Assembly (NCBI GenBank): GCA_043816185.1
Contig: JBDRIG010000049.1
Span: 1 to 29,332, forward strand
From: Elusimicrobiota bacterium
Lineage (GTDB): Bacteria > Elusimicrobiota > UBA8919
DNA length: 29,332 bases
Direction: 5' to 3'
Below, in pieces: positions 26,619-29,332 of this stretch. The position numbers and the translations under genes are program-made. The first letter of the stretch is position 1. Every line of letters starts with the position of its first letter. The notes under the pieces are model-generated. The model did no database searches. It worked only from the letters and a program-made list of their open reading frames with translations, and was not told the DNA's origin.

Positions 26619-27725
26619 TTATCTTTTTCTGATATATGTTTTTCCTGGCAGTTCTGAAATTAAACCATCCATCACAAGTTCTAAAAGAATTACGGAAAGT
26701 TTTTCAATTGGTATTTTAATTCTTTCAAACAATACATCTATTTGAATTGGCTCATAAGTTATTGCTTCCAATACAGCAATAGATCCAATGTCTAAATTTT
26801 TAGTTTCTTTTATAACTTTAAGATTTTCTTTTGTTTTTTTAACAAAATTTTTTAAAACATTTATCTCGAGAATTATATCGTCAATAGTTTCAACTAATTT
26901 TGCACCATATTTTATAAGTCTGTGTGGGCCTCGTGAATATTTTGAAAAAATATTTCCAGGTATTGCAAAAACATCTCTACCTTGTTCAATTGCACTCTTG
27001 GCAGTTATTAAAGCACCACTTTTTTCATCTGCCTCAACCACAACAACGCCAAGTGAAAGCCCGCTGATAATCCTATTTCTCCTCGGAAAATTTTGCCTAT
27101 CTGGCTTTGTGTGCATATTAAATTCAGAAATCACAGCACCATTTTCAGCAATTTTATCTTCTAATTTTCTGTTTTCAGGAGGATAATGATGTAAAAGTCC
27201 ATTTCCCAAAACCGCAATCGTTCTCCTTTTTTCGTTAACCACCGTCTGATGAGCGATTGCATCAACACCCCTGGCAAGTCCACTTACAACGGTAATGCCT
27301 CTGTCGGAAAGTTCACGAGCAAAATATTCACACACCATTTTTCCATATGAAGTAATTTTTCTTGTACCGACGATACCAACAGCAATAGCATCGCTTTTGT
27401 CAAACGCACCTTTTACATAAAGAATTGGCGGATAATCGTATATGGTTTTTAATGTTTGCGGATATTCATCCATAAATGAGGCAATTATTCTCACCCCATT
27501 TTTTTTTGCTTCTTCTTGTTCTTTTACAACATCAAATTTTTCTCTATCCGAAATTATAGTTTCTGCTGCATATCTATCTATGCCCTCAATCTGCATTAAA
27601 TCATTAGCTGATACTGTAAGTATTTTTTCAATATTACCAAAAAAATCTAAAAATTTTTTGAATCTTATTGGACCAATAACGGAAATCTGGTTAAGTATAA
27701 TCCAAGATTCTAACTCGGTATACAT
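26619..27725 (-). CDS. dprA: DNA processing protein DprA
   Basis: YP..LKTIYDYPPILY, IVGTR, VSGLARGVD, FPRRNRIISGLS, SGALITA, C-terminal winged helix. ATG at 27725 preferred over TTG at 27758. Confidence 0.96.
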   Translation of the reverse strand: MYTELESWIILNQISVIGPIRFKKFLDFFGNIEKILTVSANDLMQIEGIDRYAAETIISDREKFDVVKEQEEAKKNGVRIIASFMDEYPQTLKTIYDYPPILYVKGAFDKSDAIAVGIVGTRKITSYGKMVCEYFARELSDRGITVVSGLARGVDAIAHQTVVNEKRRTIAVLGNGLLHHYPPENRKLEDKIAENGAVISEFNMHTKPDRQNFPRRNRIISGLSLGVVVVEADEKSGALITAKSAIEQGRDVFAIPGNIFSKYSRGPHRLIKYGAKLVETIDDIILEINVLKNFVKKTKENLKVIKETKNLDIGSIAVLEAITYEPIQIDVLFERIKIPIEKLSVILLELVMDGLISELPGKTYIRKR

Positions 27726-27747
27726 AAAATAAAAGCGACTTCGTCGC
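27726..27747 (-). terminator. Possible intrinsic terminator between pilC and dprA
   Basis: Minus strand GCGAC-GAA-GTCGC followed by TTTTATTTT, ending immediately before the dprA ATG. The stem is short (5 bp). Confidence 0.4.
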
Positions 27748-27778
27748 AAAAAAACCAATTAACTGATTGACAAATTTA

Positions 27779-27827
27779 TTATCAGCCATTCATCGTTCGT
27801 TACTCATTATTTATCGTCCGTCATCCT
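27779..27827. repeat. Degenerate heptamer tandem repeat
   Basis: ttatcag ccattca tcgttcg ttactca ttattta tcgtccg tcatcct, overlapping the pilC stop. Confidence 0.6.
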
Positions 27828-29047
27828 GCTTTGCCTGCCAAAGAACCCAGCGAAAACATAGGCATAAACATTGCCAAAACGATGGCACCAATAACAATAC
27901 CCATAACAACAATAACGATCGGCTCGATCATAGATGTGAGCCCTTTCACGGCAATGTCTACTTCCCTATCATAAAAATCGGCTATTTTGGTAAGCATAGC
28001 GTCAAGATTTCCTGTTTCTTCACCAACCGAAATCATCTGAATAACCATCACTGAAAATACACCAGATCTTCTAAGTGGCGTTGCTATTTTTTCACCTTCT
28101 CTAATCGATTCTTTTGCTTGAAGAACTGCTTTTTCAACAACTTTATTTCCTGCTGTCTGTGCAACAGTGTCTAATGCTTGTAATATAGGTACGCCCGATT
28201 TAATAAGTGTTCCGAGTGTTTTTGTGAATTTCGCAACTGCAACCTTTTTTAACATATCTCCAAATATAGGTATTTTCAAAGAATATTTATCTACCAACAC
28301 TCTACCTGCTTCGGTCTTATAAAATTTAAGCACACCAATTACTACACCTATAGCACTAAGAATTAAAAATATAGCATAGTGTTTAAGAAAATCTGATATT
28401 GCTATAAGAACTTTTGTTGGAAGTGGTAGATCCGCTCCAAAACTTGTAAATATGTCTTGAAATGTTGGTATTACAACGACAAGTAAAAAAATAGTAATAG
28501 CCATAGCAATGGTCGCAACAATTGCCGGATACATCAACGCGCTTTTTACTTTCCCTTTTAGTTCCTCCACCCCCTCAAGATATACGGAAAGTCGTTCCAA
28601 AATTACATCTAAAATACCACCTATTTCGCCCGCTCTTACCATTGCAACATATAATTCCGAAAACGCATCTGGCTCTTTGCTCATCGAATCAGATATAGAC
28701 ATTCCAGCTTTGATATTGTCGGAGACATTATTCACGATCTTTCTAAATGCTGGGTTTTCCATCTGCTCGACCAGAATTGCAAGGCCGTGAACGATTGGTA
28801 TACCAGCAGAGATAAGTGAGGATAGTTGCCGTGAAAAAATTACGATATCTTTTGATTTTACCCTCGACCCTAAAGGATTTAATTTTTTTAAAATATCGAG
28901 TGGACTTTTTTGCACAAGAGAAATTTCAAGAACAATTGCTTTTTGACTTCTAAGTCTATTACTTGCTATAGTCTGATCCGCCGCCTCAATTATTCCGGAT
29001 ATTGTAGCACCTGTAGGAATCCTTGTTTTATATTTAAATAACGGCAT
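27821..29047 (-). CDS. pilC: Type IV pilus inner membrane platform protein (T2SS F family)
   Basis: FSRQLSSLISAGIPI, MVRAGEIGG.L, SALMYP, LGTLIKSGVPI, MISVGEETGNL, MIEP, AMFMPMF; GAGGAG upstream. Confidence 0.95.
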   Translation of the reverse strand: MPLFKYKTRIPTGATISGIIEAADQTIASNRLRSQKAIVLEISLVQKSPLDILKKLNPLGSRVKSKDIVIFSRQLSSLISAGIPIVHGLAILVEQMENPAFRKIVNNVSDNIKAGMSISDSMSKEPDAFSELYVAMVRAGEIGGILDVILERLSVYLEGVEELKGKVKSALMYPAIVATIAMAITIFLLVVVIPTFQDIFTSFGADLPLPTKVLIAISDFLKHYAIFLILSAIGVVIGVLKFYKTEAGRVLVDKYSLKIPIFGDMLKKVAVAKFTKTLGTLIKSGVPILQALDTVAQTAGNKVVEKAVLQAKESIREGEKIATPLRRSGVFSVMVIQMISVGEETGNLDAMLTKIADFYDREVDIAVKGLTSMIEPIVIVVMGIVIGAIVLAMFMPMFSLGSLAGKAG

Positions 29048-29081
29048 AATTACTCCTCTATAATCGGTTAGTTATCAAACA

Positions 29082-29194
29082 GACTGTGTCGCAATCCATC
29101 TTTTACCATCTAGTGTTGGATTGCAGTACCATATTTTACCATCAGTTGCTATCTTCTATAAAAATGCAACTTTTTAGCTCATTATGGCACAGTC
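29082..29194. mobile_element. 113-bp MITE-like element with imperfect 14-bp terminal inverted repeats
   Basis: GACTGTGTCGCAAT (29082-95) versus reverse complement of 29181-94, GACTGTGCCATAAT (11/14); internal direct repeat ccat(c/a)ttttaccatc at 29096 and 29129. Confidence 0.5.
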
Positions 29195-29220
29195 GCAATG
29201 GTATAATGGAAAAGCAAGCT

Positions 29221-29332
29221 TCCTTCCGGGGAGGTCATAAAGTAACGCATAAAAGCGCAGACCTTTTGTGATCTTTTCAAACGATCAAAAGTGGTGTATA
29301 ATATATACACCGGACTTTAACCCCGGTAAGGA
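29221..29332. other. Multi-stem structured element, possibly continuing past the window edge
   Basis: Outer stem TCCTT-CCGGGG-AGGTC / GACTT-(TAA)-CCCCGG-(T)-AAGGA; inner hairpins CTTTT(GT)GATC/GATCAAAAG and GGTGTATA-ATA-TATACACC. Confidence 0.45.

Noticed and set aside
1003..29271. All plus-strand ORFs in the track (e.g. 1269-1625, 5856-6329, 17852-18262, 26788-27186, 29086-29271)
   Set aside because: They are antisense shadows of well-supported minus-strand genes or lie over repeats, with no recognisable motifs.

Overview
AT-rich bacterial chromosomal segment in which every credible gene is on the minus strand. The gene content suggests an Elusimicrobiota-like organism (inference only). In transcription order: pilC, dprA, an inserted AbrB/RelE-like toxin-antitoxin pair, topA, xerC/D, a conserved-looking hypothetical, rpsB, tsf, glmM, pdxJ, a secreted CsgG/FlgO-like+VWA protein, a pilin-like protein, a Fic protein, glmS, pilT/U, pgeF, an aromatic amino acid cluster (pheA, hisC, aroF, tyrA, aroA), cmk, plsC, ispH, rpsA, a REC-HisKA-HATPase kinase, and the left end of an IS481-family element that the ORF track misses. 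The backbone is housekeeping. The unusual signal is a dense layer of small mobile or repetitive DNA: GTAG REP doublets with compensatory stem changes, two related IS200/IS605-type terminal hairpins next to toxin-like genes, a MITE-like family, heptamer tandem repeats and short palindromes that appear inserted in frame in core enzymes, and three multi-stem candidate structured RNAs (rpsB leader, tsf-glmM spacer, upstream of pilC). All family assignments are from motif recognition, not database searches. No CRISPR array, tRNA or rRNA was seen.
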